Source of the DNA: Octopus bimaculoides
Taxonomy: Eukaryota
Length of the DNA: 64,000 nt
Assembly: GCF_001194135.2 (NCBI RefSeq)
Contig: NC_068987.1
Coordinates: forward strand, 11,270,643-11,334,642
Direction of reading: 5' to 3'
Notes under the pieces: generated by a model
What the model was told of the DNA's origin: nothing
What the model saw: only the letters and a program-made list of their open reading frames with translations
Databases searched by the model: none
Part shown: positions 1 through 13,833 of the stretch, one piece after another
How positions within the stretch are numbered: the first letter of the stretch is position 1
How the letters are laid out: the number at the start of each line of letters is the position of its first letter
Translations under genes and position numbers: made by a program

Positions 1-254
1 ATTTCAACAGAAATATGGTAACAAGAGAGTTAAATCTTTCTTTTATATCACAGACACATCTCCAAGTTTGTTTCATTTATTTATTAGTAAATAACTAAGA
101 CAGTTCAAGTGAAAGAAATCCAAAGATTTTGTACTGCAACGTTATTTAAAATAATAAATAATAAATCTCTGTTACAAGTAAATTACAGTTTTTAGCTGTA
201 GCTAAAGTAGTTGATGTTTTGTTTTGTTTCTTTTCAGAAGATAGTTGAAAAAAG

Positions 255-298
<44 letters not shown>

Positions 299-672
299 GG
301 CTAAATCAACATAATCAACATTTAATAATACAACTGTACAAAGCTAGCTATCTTATTGGTAGCTGTAAATAAAATAATTTCCACTAATTTCATGCAATTA
401 TCTCTTTTAAATGGATATATTATTGATTAATTCATAATTTTCACTTTTTTCACAAAAATAAAAGATATTACATCTAGCTATTTGTTCTGCTAACTTTCTT
501 ATGAAATAACTGATATTCTCTCTCTCACACATACCTATCTGTGTGAATGTGTGTGCTGTCCATTGTTGGTTAACAATTTTTAAAAGAAAATAAATAAATA
601 AATAATTAAAAATCGCCCATTTTCCCTTCCCTTCATTCACTCCTGTCATCTTTTGTCCTTGTCTTTCTCCAG

Positions 673-727
673 GGATGATTTTAGCAGAGAAAGAATGTTG
701 CACACTGCCATTATAATTTATGATAAA
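673..727 (+). CDS. candidate 55-nt internal exon (DDFSRERMLHTAIIIYDK), gene unknown
   Basis: Pyrimidine tract ttttgtccttgtctttctccAG, one open frame, donor AAA|GTTAGA; no family recognised. Confidence 0.2.
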
Positions 728-1469
728 GTTAGATGTAATTAAAATTATCATTCATAATTTTCCCTTATATGTAGTTTAGTTTAAATATATGAAACCTATG
801 GTATGTATATGTAATATATGTATGTGTGTATATATATAGATAGAACCTTAGGTACACGTTTTAAAAGATTGCACATAGACTATTAGAAATCTTTTCACCG
901 TTTCTTCCTAATAATGAACATAAGAAAAGTGCTTGGAATTTTATTCAGGTATTGAGAGAATTTATCATGGAAATTAGATATCTTAATTGAATTGCATTTG
1001 AAAAATCTAATTGTCTTTTTTTTTTTTTTTTTTTTTTTGTTAAAAGAAGAAGAAAGTAACGTCTGAATGTCAACATTTCAAATATTGTTTATCTCAAAAA
1101 GTGTCCACTTCACTAGTCAGATGTGCTGCAGGAAGGAAATAAACGAGTTATTTGTCTTAATTATTGTCTGCAAGAAACAGGCAATCTTTTGCCAGAGGAG
1201 CATAAACAGAACAACTCAGAATATCTTTTTCTGGAAGGAATGAAACCAGATAGCATTCGACTATTGTCATCCACCACCACCACCACCACCTTTTTTTCTG
1301 TACTCTACTTAGCATGATTAAGCTGATGATGATGATGGCGGTGTTGTTAGTGCTGGTGGTGCTAGTGATGCTGGTTACAAAATAATTGGTCCTGTATTGT
1401 GCATTACCATCTCAAAGTTTGCAAAGAGTTTGAAGGCACTAACCTATTTTATACTTTAAAATTGGCAAT

Positions 1470-1730
1470 GATCTTATTGTATATAGTGCTCAGGTGCACC
1501 GCGACTCATCAGAGAAAGCATGAATAGTACATAGAATATGCACAAGAAGTGAACAGTGAAAGAGTCTGAAGTTAAAAAAGTAAGGAACAAGAAGAAATGG
1601 GGATGGAGAGGATAAGGTGAAAGCATGGAAGTTTTAAAGGATGTGGTGTCTTAACAGTTAACAACTGATGCAGAAAGTTTATTCCATGCTTCAGCAATTC
1701 TGAGCGTGAAAAAATATTTCTGAAAATTGT
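1470..1730 (-). mobile_element. CR1/L2-type LINE 3' end relic
   Basis: Minus strand reads NFQKYFFTLRIAEAWNKLSASVVNC*DTTSFKTSML, matching the CR1 ORF2 C-terminal FF..R....WN.L...VV....FK pattern. Confidence 0.65.
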
Positions 1731-1792
1731 TTGTAAAAAGAATCCATCAAATTAGAAGATGATCTGAAATTGTAGGACGCCCTAAGTATGTA

Positions 1793-2011
1793 TATTCTTT
1801 TCTACTCTAGGCACAAGGCTCGAAAATTTTGGGGGGAGGGGCCAGTTGATTAGATTGATCCCAGTACGCAACTGGTACTTAATTCATTGACCTCGAAAGG
1901 ATGAAAAGCAAAGTTGACCTCAGCGGCATTTGAACTCAGAACGTAACGGCAGATGAAATACTGTGACACTTTTTGCCTGGCATGCTAACGGTTCTGCCAG
2001 CTTGCTACCCT
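1793..2011 (-). mobile_element. tRNA-derived SINE family B
   Basis: Reverse complement of recurrent unit gagctggcagaa...gagttcaaattc...ggtcgactttgcctttcatcc...gcctagagtagaaaagaat, which occurs many times in the window. Confidence 0.85.
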
Positions 2012-2259
2012 CTAAGTATGTATATTGAGTGAGAAACTTAGCAAAACAAAGCATTTTGACATTGTTGGGCACCAGAATTATTGTTTTAGGTTCTGACCCT
2101 TTTGTTACCATATTTCTGTTGAAATACATCACTTCTGTTTATCTCTTGTTTCGGTCATTGAGCTTTGGCCATGTTGGGGGCACCACCATGAAGGGTCTTT
2201 GTCAAACAAATCAACTCCAGTAACTTATTTTGTTAACTCTGGTACTATTTTATCAGACT

Positions 2260-2520
2260 TTATAGCCAGACTGCTAAGTTATGAGGTGTGGGTGTAAAAG
2301 CACCAGTGCCACATAAAGGCACTTGTGCCAGTGCCATGTGAAAAGCACCTGAGCTGGTCTCATGCAAAAGACACCCAGCACCCTCTGTAAAGTGGTTGGC
2401 AACAGGAAGAGCATCCAGCTGTAGAAACCATGCCAAAGCAGACAACTGGTCCAGCCCCTGCCAAACTGTCCAACCCATACCAGCATGGAAAATAGACATT
2501 AAATGATGATGTTGATGAAG
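2260..2520 (+). mobile_element. repeat family D (RTE-tail / Ceph-SINE-like 3' part)
   Basis: agtggttggc..ggaagagcatccagctgtagaaacc...ccaacccatacc agcatggaaa...ttaaatgatgat. Confidence 0.75.
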
Positions 2521-3535
2521 GAGCCAAATGATAAATTAAATAACTGGACCCATAGAACCACTAGTATGACTTCTGGTTGAAATAAATAAAGTTATTCATT
2601 AAAAGAACAAGATATTATGAAAATTGTTGTTTTGCACGGACAAAGCAAAAACAAAACCAAAAAAAAAAAAACAAAGAAAAGTAATTATGATAATTTTTGC
2701 TTGAGTAAGTTTATTTTTGTGAAGGTAATTAAAATTTACTGACCTCTAAATGAAGAGATATAATTAAACATGATATGATGCAAAGACTCAGAGACTTATT
2801 TTGGTAGATTACTTTACGTAGAATTATTTTGGCATTGCAAGTGTTTCTATGTCTGTGATGACCTATGTATCCAGTTCCTTTGTCTGGGCTCTCTTACACG
2901 GTCAGAACATCAATTCTCTAGCTAGGTAAACCTTTCTGAAATGGAATGATTTCCTAAGATCGACAAAGGAAATTTTATATCTCACCTCCTTAAAGTTAGA
3001 GTGTTCAGGACTACTGTACCAAGTTAAGGTTATCATTCGGTTTCTTATATTCTGTGAATTCTTCAGCTTGAAGAATAAGTTAAAATGCATTGAAATATGG
3101 ATCATCTTCAGCAGACTACTATTAATTCTGCTGCTGGTTCTCTTTCTTGATGTGCTTCTTACTTCAATCTTCCTTCTACTATGCTTTCAAAAAAGACCAG
3201 AAATCTTATTATTCCACATCAAATTCTCTGTAAAATTTACCAAAAACATCTATTGAAATTCATTCATATCAATATTATCATCATGGTTTGTCATCATCAA
3301 AGAAATGATGGTAAGATTGAAAAGGACTTTTTTTTTTTTTTCCCAAGTTTCACTTTATTTTATTTTGTTTATTCTGTTTGGTTTTGTTTGTTTNNNNNNN
3401 NNNNNNNNNNNNNNNNNNNNNNNNNNNNNNNNNNNNNNNNNNNNNNNNNNNNNNNNNNNNNNNNNNNNNNNNNNNNNNNNNNNNNNNNNNNNNNNNNNNN
3501 NNNNNNNNNNNNNNNNNNNNATATGTACAGCCATC

Positions 3536-3587
<52 letters not shown>

Positions 3588-4189
3588 TCCAAAGATGATA
3601 ATATATGAGAGAGAAAGGAATATGTAATGCAGTGATTTAGAGCAAAGAACTGGCAGCTACAGAAATCAAAGAGCAGCATAAAATTTTTTTTTTTTTCTTA
3701 CCGTCAGTTTGGTAGTGTCTCACATTTCCTACTAGTTGTGTTTTTTCTTTACTTCGTTCATCAAAGTTTCAAATGCACCATTAAATGCTTCCCAACTTCG
3801 CTCTTCTTTACCCTTAAGAATAGCAGTTTTGCACAACAAGTGCACGGGAAGAAATAATAGATAACAATAAAATATTCAATCGAAAAACAATCGGTTTCAC
3901 AAATTATTCAAAATACGATTTAACTCTTTTTGCCCTTAACCTTTTGCTTGTTTTGCTCATTGGACTGCAGCCATGCCAGGGGCATGACCTTGAAGGGTTT
4001 AGTTGAACAACTTGACCCCTGTACTTATTTCAAGTCTAGTACTTATTCTGTTACTCTCTTTTGCTGAACTGTAAAGTTACAGGGACATAAGCAGGTGGTG
4101 GTGGTGAGAGGGAGAGACCAAGAACAGATACTCAGCTACACACACACACACACGCACATATATTCTTTTACTCTTTTACTTGTTTCAGT

Positions 4190-4530
4190 GACATGTGAAA
4201 AGCACCTTTCCAGTGTTAGGCCTCACAGAGGCAATGACATATTAGCGAGACCTTTGGCATTATGCCGTGCTTGAGTAGAAAACCCATCCAGCCAAGTGAA
4301 ATTGCAGTCATGGCGGATACTGGTGTCACACATCTGGCACCCATGCTATATGCACGTAAAAGCAGCTATTACACTCTTTGAGTGGTCGGCATTAGGAAGG
4401 GCATCCAGCCGTAGAAAACCATGCCAAATCAGACTGGTGTCTGGTGCAGTCCCTCAACTTACCAGCTGCGGTCAAACTGTCCAACTCGGACAACAGATGT
4501 TAAATGATGATGGTGATGGCGGTCGTCGTC
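4190..4530 (+). mobile_element. repeat family D copy
   Basis: attaggaagggcatccagccgtagaaaaccatgccaaatcagactgg...gttaaatgatgatg. Confidence 0.75.
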
Positions 4531-5401
4531 ATCATCGTCGCCGTCGTCATCATCATCCTTTCATTTGCTATTATTTTTTGTGGTTGTCTGCAGTAGGCTA
4601 TGTCTTTTGGGCATTTAACAGAGATCCTCGTACTGGCCTCTCTCTCTCTCTCTCTCTCTCTTTCCTTTCTTTTCCCTATGTTCCAAACTGATAATCATTC
4701 TGCAAATGAAAGTAGAGATTTCATCATTCCATAGATTTATATAATAATACCCACAGTTAATAGTTGTTTGCAAAACATGACTCTATAGCTTAGCTTTTGC
4801 CTTTTTCTTAATGCCAGGTAAGAATCCTGCTAGGCAGTGTGATTAAAAGCTTCCTTGGATTCTCTCTGCTTAATTGCACAGTCACTTGATGACGAGCCAT
4901 TGGCCGGCTACAGAAATGGAGTCTTTTTCTCTTAGTTGCTATGAATTGAAGACATCTTTATATTATGATACACATATGTGTGTGTTTGTGTGTTTTATGA
5001 ACTGAAGAAGTCTGTATATGATATTCATGGCTGTATGTGCATATGTTGTTAATTGAAGAAGTCTTTTCATGTAATAAGCATGCATGTGTGTTTGTGTGCA
5101 TTTACATATATATATATNNNNNNNNNNNNNNNNNNNNNNNNNNNNNNNNNNNNNNNNNNNNNNNNNNNNNNNNNNNNNNNNNNNNNNNNNNNNNNNNNNN
5201 NNNNNNNNNNNNNNNNNNNNNNNNNNNNNNNNNNNNNNNNNNNNNNNNNNNNNNNNNNNNNNNNNNNNNNNNNNNNNNNNNNNNNNNNNNNNNNNNNNNN
5301 NNNNNNNNNNNNNNNNNNNNNNNNNNNNNNNNNNNNNNNNNNNNNNNNNNNNNNNNNNNNNNNNNNNNNNNNNNNNNNNNNNNNNNNNNNNNNNNNNNNN
5401 N

Positions 5402-5443
<42 letters not shown>

Positions 5444-6712
5444 TGTATGTAGGTGTGCATGCTATCATCTACAATAAGGAAAGGATTTCATCCCACCATG
5501 TACACACATGTAATTCTAAAAAGGTTACATATGTCTCCATGGCTGGACAAGCTCATCATTTAGTAAAGTTTGACTTGGGGCTGGCTAAATGATGACTGAA
5601 TGACATTTGTCTCTTCTCTCACTTATATTTTTATTTTTCGTTTTAATTTTATTTCTCTCGGTCTCTCCCCACTTCTCTCTTATAAACACACACACACACA
5701 CACATAGATACATAATCAGCCTTGTAGACAGATGGTCTTTGGTATTCCTACCTTTTAGGCGGAATGAGAGCTGTCAGCCTACATTGACAAAACAAGAGCT
5801 GTTGTATTTGACATAAAAATGTAAATAAGTTGATTTACATAACTATGAAAGCATGGTAGCAAGATAGGAAGTGGTGAACATCTACTGACCCGTAAAATTT
5901 TGTACTAAGATACTGGTTCTAATGTTGCATTGTACTCTTAGGCAAGGCACATTATCTTACTTGCTCCATTTAGTCAACAACTTTGGACAACAATGCCACC
6001 ATTCCCACTTAAATAAAACACTTGCTTGAACAGCTTCTACAAATATTCAGAATTGTTGAATTATCCTGTTCAATTCAAGCAAAATGATAGAAAACAGGTT
6101 TAAGCATTACAGCCGGTAATTTAAAGATTTTTGTTTAACCCTCACCCTTCCAGTAAAACTGCCAACTAACCAACTACATCGCAACCCAGATCAGGCCACC
6201 GCTAAGATTATTCTATTATTAACCCTTTAGTTTTACCATGCATCTGTTGAAATACATTGCCTTTGTTTCAATTAATTTATTTGGAAATAAAAGAAGAATC
6301 TGGTAAAACAACTTTACTGTTGTTATAAAACTGGTGTTCGGAATATCAATTAACATGGAATTTTAAAAAAGCAGGTTTTAATTTAGATCACTTTGAAACA
6401 GGAAGTTTGTTATCATGGGACAAAGGGCATTTTGGAGCAGGTTGGTATTGAGAAGGTCGATATATCATAAACTGAAGCACTGACTCTTAAACCTCTCCTT
6501 AATCCTGTATCTATGTTTAGTGTCCACAATTTCACTCTCTTTTGCTGTGGTGGTGTTATAAAATTTTCCTCTCTGGTATTGTGTTTTAAACTTGACACCT
6601 TCCTTAAACTCTGTTTTTTTTTTCTCCCTCTCTCTTTCACGCGTAACGACAGAAGGTTTACCCTTCCCACATAATGCAACGTTTTTAAAAAGGAAACAAT
6701 ATACACTACACT

Positions 6713-6773
<61 letters not shown>

Positions 6774-7972
6774 TTTTCCTAAATATTTATCCTTTTATAA
6801 GATATTTGATTTCTAGTTTTACGAAACCTGTTCTTTGTAAATTTATTGTCCTAGCTCGAAAGGGAAAAATGTAAATACTTTCATCTTGTTTAAAATGTAT
6901 GCCTCTGTTTTCTTTTATGGTATATTCCACTTTCTTCTCTCTCTCTTTCTCTCTCTCTCACATACACACACAACAATAAAGATCTATTGACAGCCACTGA
7001 ATGTAACAGCTTGAAGCTATTATTCTCTTCCTGACAATCTTCTCAAATTTTTCTTGTTTCTTCTCCCTCCCTCCTCCCCTCCCTCCGTCCATCTCCCCCC
7101 TATTTTTTTCCAGCTCTTTCTTTCCTACTTTCTTTATCTATCTTCATTTTTCTTTTCTTTTCTCTGAGTATATATCACAATAATTATCTGGAATAATTCC
7201 AGACAATCAAAGTTATCAGCTTTTGATGACTTTACAAAACTTTATTTTATTTCTCCAGCAAACTAGCAACATCTTTCTCCTTCACCTCCTCCTACTCCTA
7301 TCTCTGTTCTGGAATCAAATCAAGATTGAAGGCTGCTACTACTATTGAGACAATGCAGAAACTCNNNNNNNNNNNNNNNNNNNNNNNNNNNNNNNNNNNN
7401 NNNNNNNNNNNNNNNNNNNNNNNNNNNNNNNNNNNNNNNNNNNNNNNNNNNNNNNNNNNNNNNNNNNNNNNNNNNNNNNNNNNNNNNNNNNNNNNNNNNN
7501 NNNNNNNNNNNNNNNNNNNNNNNNNNNNNNNNNNNNNNNNNNNNNNNNNNNNNNNNNNNNNNNNNNNNNNNNNNNNNNNNNNNNNNNNNNNNNNNNNNNN
7601 NNNNNNNNNNNNNNNNNNNNNNNNNNNNNNNNNNNNNNNNNNNNNNNNNNNNNNNNNNNNNNNNNNNNNNNNNNNNNNNNNNNNNNNNNNNNNNNNNNNN
7701 NNNNNNNNNNNNNNNNNNNNNNNNNNNNNNNNNNNNNNNNNNNNNNNNNNNNNNNNNNNNNNNNNNNNNNNNNNNNNNNNNNNNNNNNNNNNNNNNNNNN
7801 NNNNNNNNNNNNNNNNCCATAACTTAGCGGTTCAGCGAAAGGGTCCGACAGAATAAGAACCAGGCTTAAAAAAAATAAGTCCTGGGGCTGATTCATTTGA
7901 CTAAAAATTCTAGGTGGTGGCCCAGCATGGCTACAGTCTAATGACTGAAACAAGTAAAAAAGTAAAAGATGT

Positions 7973-8023
<51 letters not shown>

Positions 8024-8889
8024 CTGTATAAAATAAAGAACACAAATGGACTTGGTTCACTACAGCTGTTTCACATTGGATCGTGAACCCCTGTATGTGT
8101 GTGTGTGTACTCATAGTATATTTGATTTACATACATATATAGTATCTTGGTACTTTCCCAACATTATGATTATTAAAATACTTTGATTTAATATATCCTA
8201 TAACTGATTAATAATAATAATAATAATAATAATTGATTGATTGATTGATTGATAGATACATCCATACATACATACACATACACTCATAGATCATCATTTG
8301 ATGTCCATTTTTTGTATCTGCATGGGTCAGACAAAATTTGCTGAGGAACATTTCCTAACAGCCAGGTGCCTTTTCTGTTACCAATCCTTACCCTGTTGCT
8401 ATGCAAGGTAATATTTCCACATGGCCAGATACGGTTTTCACAGAAGACTGGAAATGGACCACATCATTTGCATGGCATTGATGCTTATGTACGACTGTTA
8501 CAAGATATCAAAAGCAAGAATACAATACACACATGCTGTCACATGTGCACACACACACACACACATGCATGTGCACAATTACAAAAGGCTTCTTTCAGTT
8601 TCTGTCTACCAAATCCAATCTCAAAGTTTTGATCAATCTAGGGCCTTTACGTAAAAAAGCATTTGCCCCAAGGTGCCATGAAGTGGGACTGAACCGAAGA
8701 CCATGTGGTTGGAAAGCAAGCTTCTTAACCACACAGCCATGCCCCTGTGTGTGGGTGAAAAGAAAACTATGGCATAAATCTATTCCTAAATGCAATGGCC
8801 TGCAATAATAGACGTCTGTAAGCTGCTGCTGCTTGGAGAGGCTGAGTTAGGATGTAGGTGGAAGGGAGAAAGAGATGGGTGAATATATA

Positions 8890-9160
8890 GATTCTTTTCT
8901 ACTCGATGCACAAGGCCTGGAATTTTTGGGGAGGGGGCCAGTTAATTAGATTGACCCCAGAACGCAACTGGTACTTAATTTATCGACCCCGAAAGGATGA
9001 CTGGCAAAGTTGACCTTGGTGGAATTTGAACTCAGGACGTAAAGAACAGATGAAACACCGCTAAGCATTTCACCTGGCATCCTAACATTTCTTATTTCTT
9101 TATTGCCCACAAGGGGCTAAAACATAGAGGGGACAAACAAGGACAGACAAAGGGATTACT
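8890..9160 (-). mobile_element. SINE family B copy plus adjoining related SINE tail
   Basis: Same B consensus on the minus strand; the adjacent tail tttctttattgcccacaagggg recurs at about 12280. Confidence 0.75.
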
Positions 9161-9263
9161 GGGTTTTTTTTTACCAAACTTAGTGCTAAACAGATGAATA
9201 CACGCACACACATATATACATGTATGTATATATGTACACATGTACATATATGTGTGTGTTTGT

Positions 9264-9590
9264 GTCATCATCATCATCGTTTAATGTATGCTTTCCATGC
9301 TAGCATGGGTTGAATGATTTGACTGAGGACTGGCGAACCAGGTGGCTACACCAGGCTCTAATCTGATCTGACAGAGTGTCTACAGCTGGATGCCCTTCCT
9401 AAGGCTAACCACTCCGAGAGTGTAGTAGGTGCTTTTACGTGCCACCGGCACGAGGGCCAGTCAGGCAGTACTGGCAATGGCCCCACTCAAAATGGTGTTT
9501 TTTACTTGCCATCTGCACAGGAGCCAGTCCAGCAGCGCTGGCAACGACCTCGCTCGAATGTTTTTTCACATGTCAGTAAGGCGACGCTGG
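9264..9590 (-). mobile_element. repeat family D copy
   Basis: catcatcatcgtttaa...ctacagctggatgcccttcct..ccactccgagagtgtag. Confidence 0.8.
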
Positions 9591-9631
9591 TAATGATATA
9601 TATATATATATGGTATTCCACAACTTTACTT

Positions 9632-9671
<40 letters not shown>

Positions 9672-10567
9672 GTATATATGTGTGTGTGTGCATATATATG
9701 TACACATGTATGTATATGTGTGTGTATATATATAATTCCATTCAAAACAAATTTTTTCAGAAATAAATTTAACTCTGCTTTTAATATTGTCTCCCCATCA
9801 ATAAACATTCTGTTGTTATTCTTAAAATTGCTCACAAATGATAAGCATAAACACACACATACATGCACTCACTCATGCACACATACATATGTACACATAG
9901 TTATGAATGTACCCACACTTGAGTGAGTACAGTGTACATATGTGCACGTGGTGATATGTGTGTGTGTGTGTTTCACCACCATTATTCAAATTTCTTGTTT
10001 GTTTTTTTTTCAATGCTGTCATGAGATGCTCAACTCACTAATGCAGTTATTTTTCTGTGTATACATTTGTGTATTTTAATTTTAACATTTGCCACTTACA
10101 AAACAAAAAAAAACACAATTAACCTTTTCACTGTTTAAATTTGACAACTACAAATTCCTAAATTATAGTGAAACAAATAAATATGTTGATTATTCACTTG
10201 AGTTTTTTTATTGTGTTTCACCCACTCACCCTCTCTGTTCAGTACGACTGTGTGGCACCTTGGACCAATATATATATGTTATATAAGCACCAAGATACCA
10301 GTGCCTTGTAGGATTTGAGCTTGTAACTTTTACAATAGTTCTTCAAATGTTGGTAAATATGTCAACTGGATGAAGAATATTCTTTTATTCTAAGATGGTG
10401 AAATGCTTAGCAGTATTTCCTCCATTTTGACATTCTGAGTTCCAACACTGACATCTTAATGAGTTGATAAATTAAGTACCAGTTGTGTACTGGGGTTGAT
10501 CAAATTGACTGTCCTGCTCCCCAAGAATTTCGAGCCTTGTGCCTAGAGTAGAAAAGAATCTATTATA

Positions 10568-10832
10568 AAGGCGGTGAGCTGGCAGAAACGTTAACACGCC
10601 GGGCGAAATGCTTAGCGGTATTTCCTTTGTCTTTACGTTTTGAGTTCAAATTCTGCTGAGGTCGACTTTGCNNNNNNNNNNTTACGTTTTGAGTTCAAAT
10701 TCTGCTGAGGTCGACTTTGCCTTTCATAATTTCAGGGTCAATAAATTAAGTACTAGTTGCATACTGGGGTCGATCTAATTGACTGTCCCCTTCCCAAAAA
10801 TTTCGGACCTTGTGCCTAGAGTAAAAATGAAT
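10568..10832 (+). mobile_element. SINE family B copy spanning a 10-N gap
   Basis: aaggcggtgagctggcagaaacgtt head; about 40 bp duplicated on both sides of the gap. Confidence 0.8.
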
Positions 10833-10949
10833 ATTCTTCCATTCTAGAACACAGGGACGCCAACTTGTTTCATTTCATTAAGATGTCAGATATTCAATGA
10901 TTTGCTAATTAATACATACATTTTCCTAAAATATCTTTGTCTTTTATTG

Positions 10950-11490
10950 GTTTCAATCATTGGACTGTGGCCATGCTGGGGCCCTGCTCTGAAGGGTTTT
11001 AGTTGAACAGATCGATCCCCAGTGCTTGTTTTTCAGTCTGGTACTTACACTTATTCTGTTGATCCTTTTTGCCAAACTGCTAACTCATGGGAACACAAAC
11101 AAGCTGACAGTAGTTGTCAAGCATTAGGAGAGTACGAATATACACACATATGGTGGGCTTCCACACAGTTTCTATCTAGTATAAACCAGTACTTGTTTTT
11201 TAAGTTTGGTACCTATTCTGTTGGTCTCTTTTGCCAAACTGCTAAGTTATGGGAGCATAAAGAAATCAATACCGGTTGTCAAGCATTAGGGGAGTACAAA
11301 GACACACACACACACACACATACATACATACACATATGACAGGCTTCCACACAGTCTCCGTCTATCATATTCACTCACAAGACATTGGTCAGTGCAGGAC
11401 TATAGTAAAAGACATTTGTCCAAGGTGCCACACAGTTGAACTGAACGAGAGACTTTGCAGATGGGGAAGCAAACTTCTCAACCATAGAGC
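10950..11490 (-). mobile_element. SINE family A copy with internal tandem duplication of about 160 bp
   Basis: Segment ccagt.cttgttttt...gccaaactgctaa...gttgtcaagcattagg..gagtac...ggcttccacacagt appears twice, diverged. Confidence 0.7.
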
Positions 11491-12849
11491 CATGCCTGCG
11501 CCAGCCCTTAGCAGGTTAATACAGTGAATCAGTTTTGATTTCCTGTTGAAGCAATTGCCCTTCATTTTTGCTCCTAAAGCATAACACCACACCTGTCATA
11601 CAGTATGTAGATTGGCTTCTTTATCACAAAGAAACGAGAAACGAAAGTGCTTTTAGATCACCCAGGTAATGTCGTTACAGATTAAAAGCATTAAGTTCTT
11701 TAGTTTTATCTAAGTTCAACGGTAAAGTATTTATCAGCTCAATAATGAGTTTATTTTTCCCTTCTTCTGCAAAATAGGCCTTGTTTCTGTGGTAGAAATC
11801 ATTATTATTATTATTAGTAATTTTATGTAAATTGACCAAATGAGAAGAGTGTTGGATACTTTGATGTAGCTAGTATTGTCCTCTATCTACAATAAGACAT
11901 ACCAGTGATTTAGTGACCTAAATTTACTATTGGTGTCTTGTTTTGTACTAAAGTAGTGACTAAAGAAATTCAGTTCACTTTCTTATCGTTTTCCTTATCT
12001 TTTATCGCTTGCTTGTTTCGGTCATTGACTGTGGCCATGCTACAGCATCACCTTGAAGGGTTTTTAGTCAAACAAACTGAGCTCACTACTGATTTTTTTC
12101 TCTTTTATTTTGTCTTTTCAAAGTTTACTACTTGCTTTATTGACCTCTTGCCAACCGGCTAAGTTATAGGGATGTAAACAAACCAACACTGGTTGTCCAG
12201 CAGTGGTTGTGGGGAGACACTAAACACAAAGACAGACAGACACACACACACATGATGGGCTTCTTTACAGTTTCTTGTTTCTTTATTGCCCACAAGGAGC
12301 TAAACATAGAAGGGACAAACAAGGACAGACAAAGGGATTAAGTCGATTACATCGACCCCAGTGCGTAACTGGTACTCTATTTATCGACCCCGAAACTCCT
12401 AGTTTGTTCAATCAAGACTGATTTGGAACTAAACCATCACCACAACAACAACAACAACAACAGCGACTTAAATCAGTTCTGCTTTATGCCCTTCTGAGTT
12501 TGATAAAATCATTTCATAGGGTTTGATTTACGTGATTATTAACCTCTCCTTCTATAACTACTGCCCCATGCGATAAGTCATAGGAAGCGAACATTATCTT
12601 TACTTGCTGTTATTTTTGTTGTTGTTAAGTCAGGTCCCATGATGCGAAAGTAAATTCTGGTAATCAGATATAATCACAAAAACTTTAGGCGCAAGACAAG
12701 GATCTGCATCAGCGAAAGTCAATTACCAGAACAACAACCGAACTCAAGTGTGGCTTTTATTTCAAGGTTTGCTAAACTGATTCCATGGTTCAGTTTTGAT
12801 TATTAGACGGACAGGGGAGAGAGAGTATTTTTTTTCGTTTTTCATTTAG

Positions 12850-12877
12850 AAAATTCTGGATGGTTCTTGTTTCAGAT
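12850..12877 (+). CDS. candidate 28-nt microexon
   Basis: ttttttcgtttttcatttAG|AAAATTCTGGATGGTTCTTGTTTCAGAT|GTAAGA; all three frames open; lies in a locally CpG-rich unique patch. Confidence 0.2.
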
Positions 12878-13023
12878 GTAAGAATACCATTCCATAAACG
12901 AGAACAAAAATTTTTTTTTTATTATGGATTTATCTGTGTATTAAGTTAGTTGTTTTAAGTTATAATTGACAATTTCACAAGAAACCACTTCTCCTTGTGT
13001 TTATATCGTTAATATTACTATAT

Positions 13024-13437
13024 ACTCTCTTTTACTTGTTTCAGTCATTTGACTGCGGCCATGCTGGAGCACCGCCTTCAGTCGAGCAAATCGACCCCAG
13101 GACTTATTCTTTGTAAGCCCAGTACTTATTCTATCGGGCTCTTTTGCTGAACTGCTAAGTTACAGGGGACGTAAACACACCAGCATCGGTTGTCAAGCGA
13201 TGATGGGGGGTGGGACAAACACAGACACACAAACATATACACATACATATATATATATATATATACATATATACGACGGGCTTCTTTCAGTTTCCGTCTA
13301 CCAAATCCACTCACAAGGCTTTGGTCGGCCTGAGGCTATAGTAGAAAACACTTGCCCAATGTGCCACGCAGTGGGACTGAACCCAGAACCATGAGGTTGG
13401 TAAGCAAGCTACTTGCCACACAGCCACTCCTGCGCCT
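13024..13437 (-). mobile_element. tRNA-derived SINE family A, full length, young
   Basis: Reverse complement: aggcgcaggagtggctgtgtgg (A box)...ggttcagtccc (B box)...central (TA/TG)n...aagtaaaagag tail. Confidence 0.9.
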
Positions 13438-13833
13438 GTACAGTAACATTAAAACCTTAACATGTATATAGTGGAGAGTTCTTTCATTGGCTTAACCCTT
13501 TTTGTTGTTATGTTTCTGCTGAAAAAACTCAATCTTTGTTTTAATTGATTCTTGAGAAAATGAAAAATTTAGCAAAGCAACTTTGTCACTATTAACCTGA
13601 TGTTTGGAACATAAATTAACAAGAAATTTTGATGGAAAATTTTCATTTATCTCACTTTGAAACGGAATTTTTTCATAGAACTAGAGGCAGTTTAAGGCAG
13701 CTTGGTATCAGAATAGTTAAACTGGTGGTCCTTATTTAACCTTTTCTTTTCTTATTAATACCTCTCCGCTTTAATTAGTTATGCCTAGTGCCCACCTATG
13801 TGGTGAATAAGCTATCATGACTAAACTAACTTA

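Noticed and set aside
5553-5595. 12-bp hairpin tcatcatttagt/gctaaatgatga
   Set aside because: A few inverted repeats of this length are expected by chance in 64 kb of AT-rich DNA; no C/D or miRNA architecture
3350-7953. Long ORF-track entries with poly-X, poly-I/Y/L or HT/CV runs (also at 22080, 28517, 30004, 43243 and 55155)
   Set aside because: They are N gaps and microsatellites translated in frame, not proteins
11657-11665. 9-nt AG|ATCACCCAG|GTAATG microexon-like unit with upstream UGC
   Set aside because: The upstream region is purine-rich with almost no pyrimidine tract
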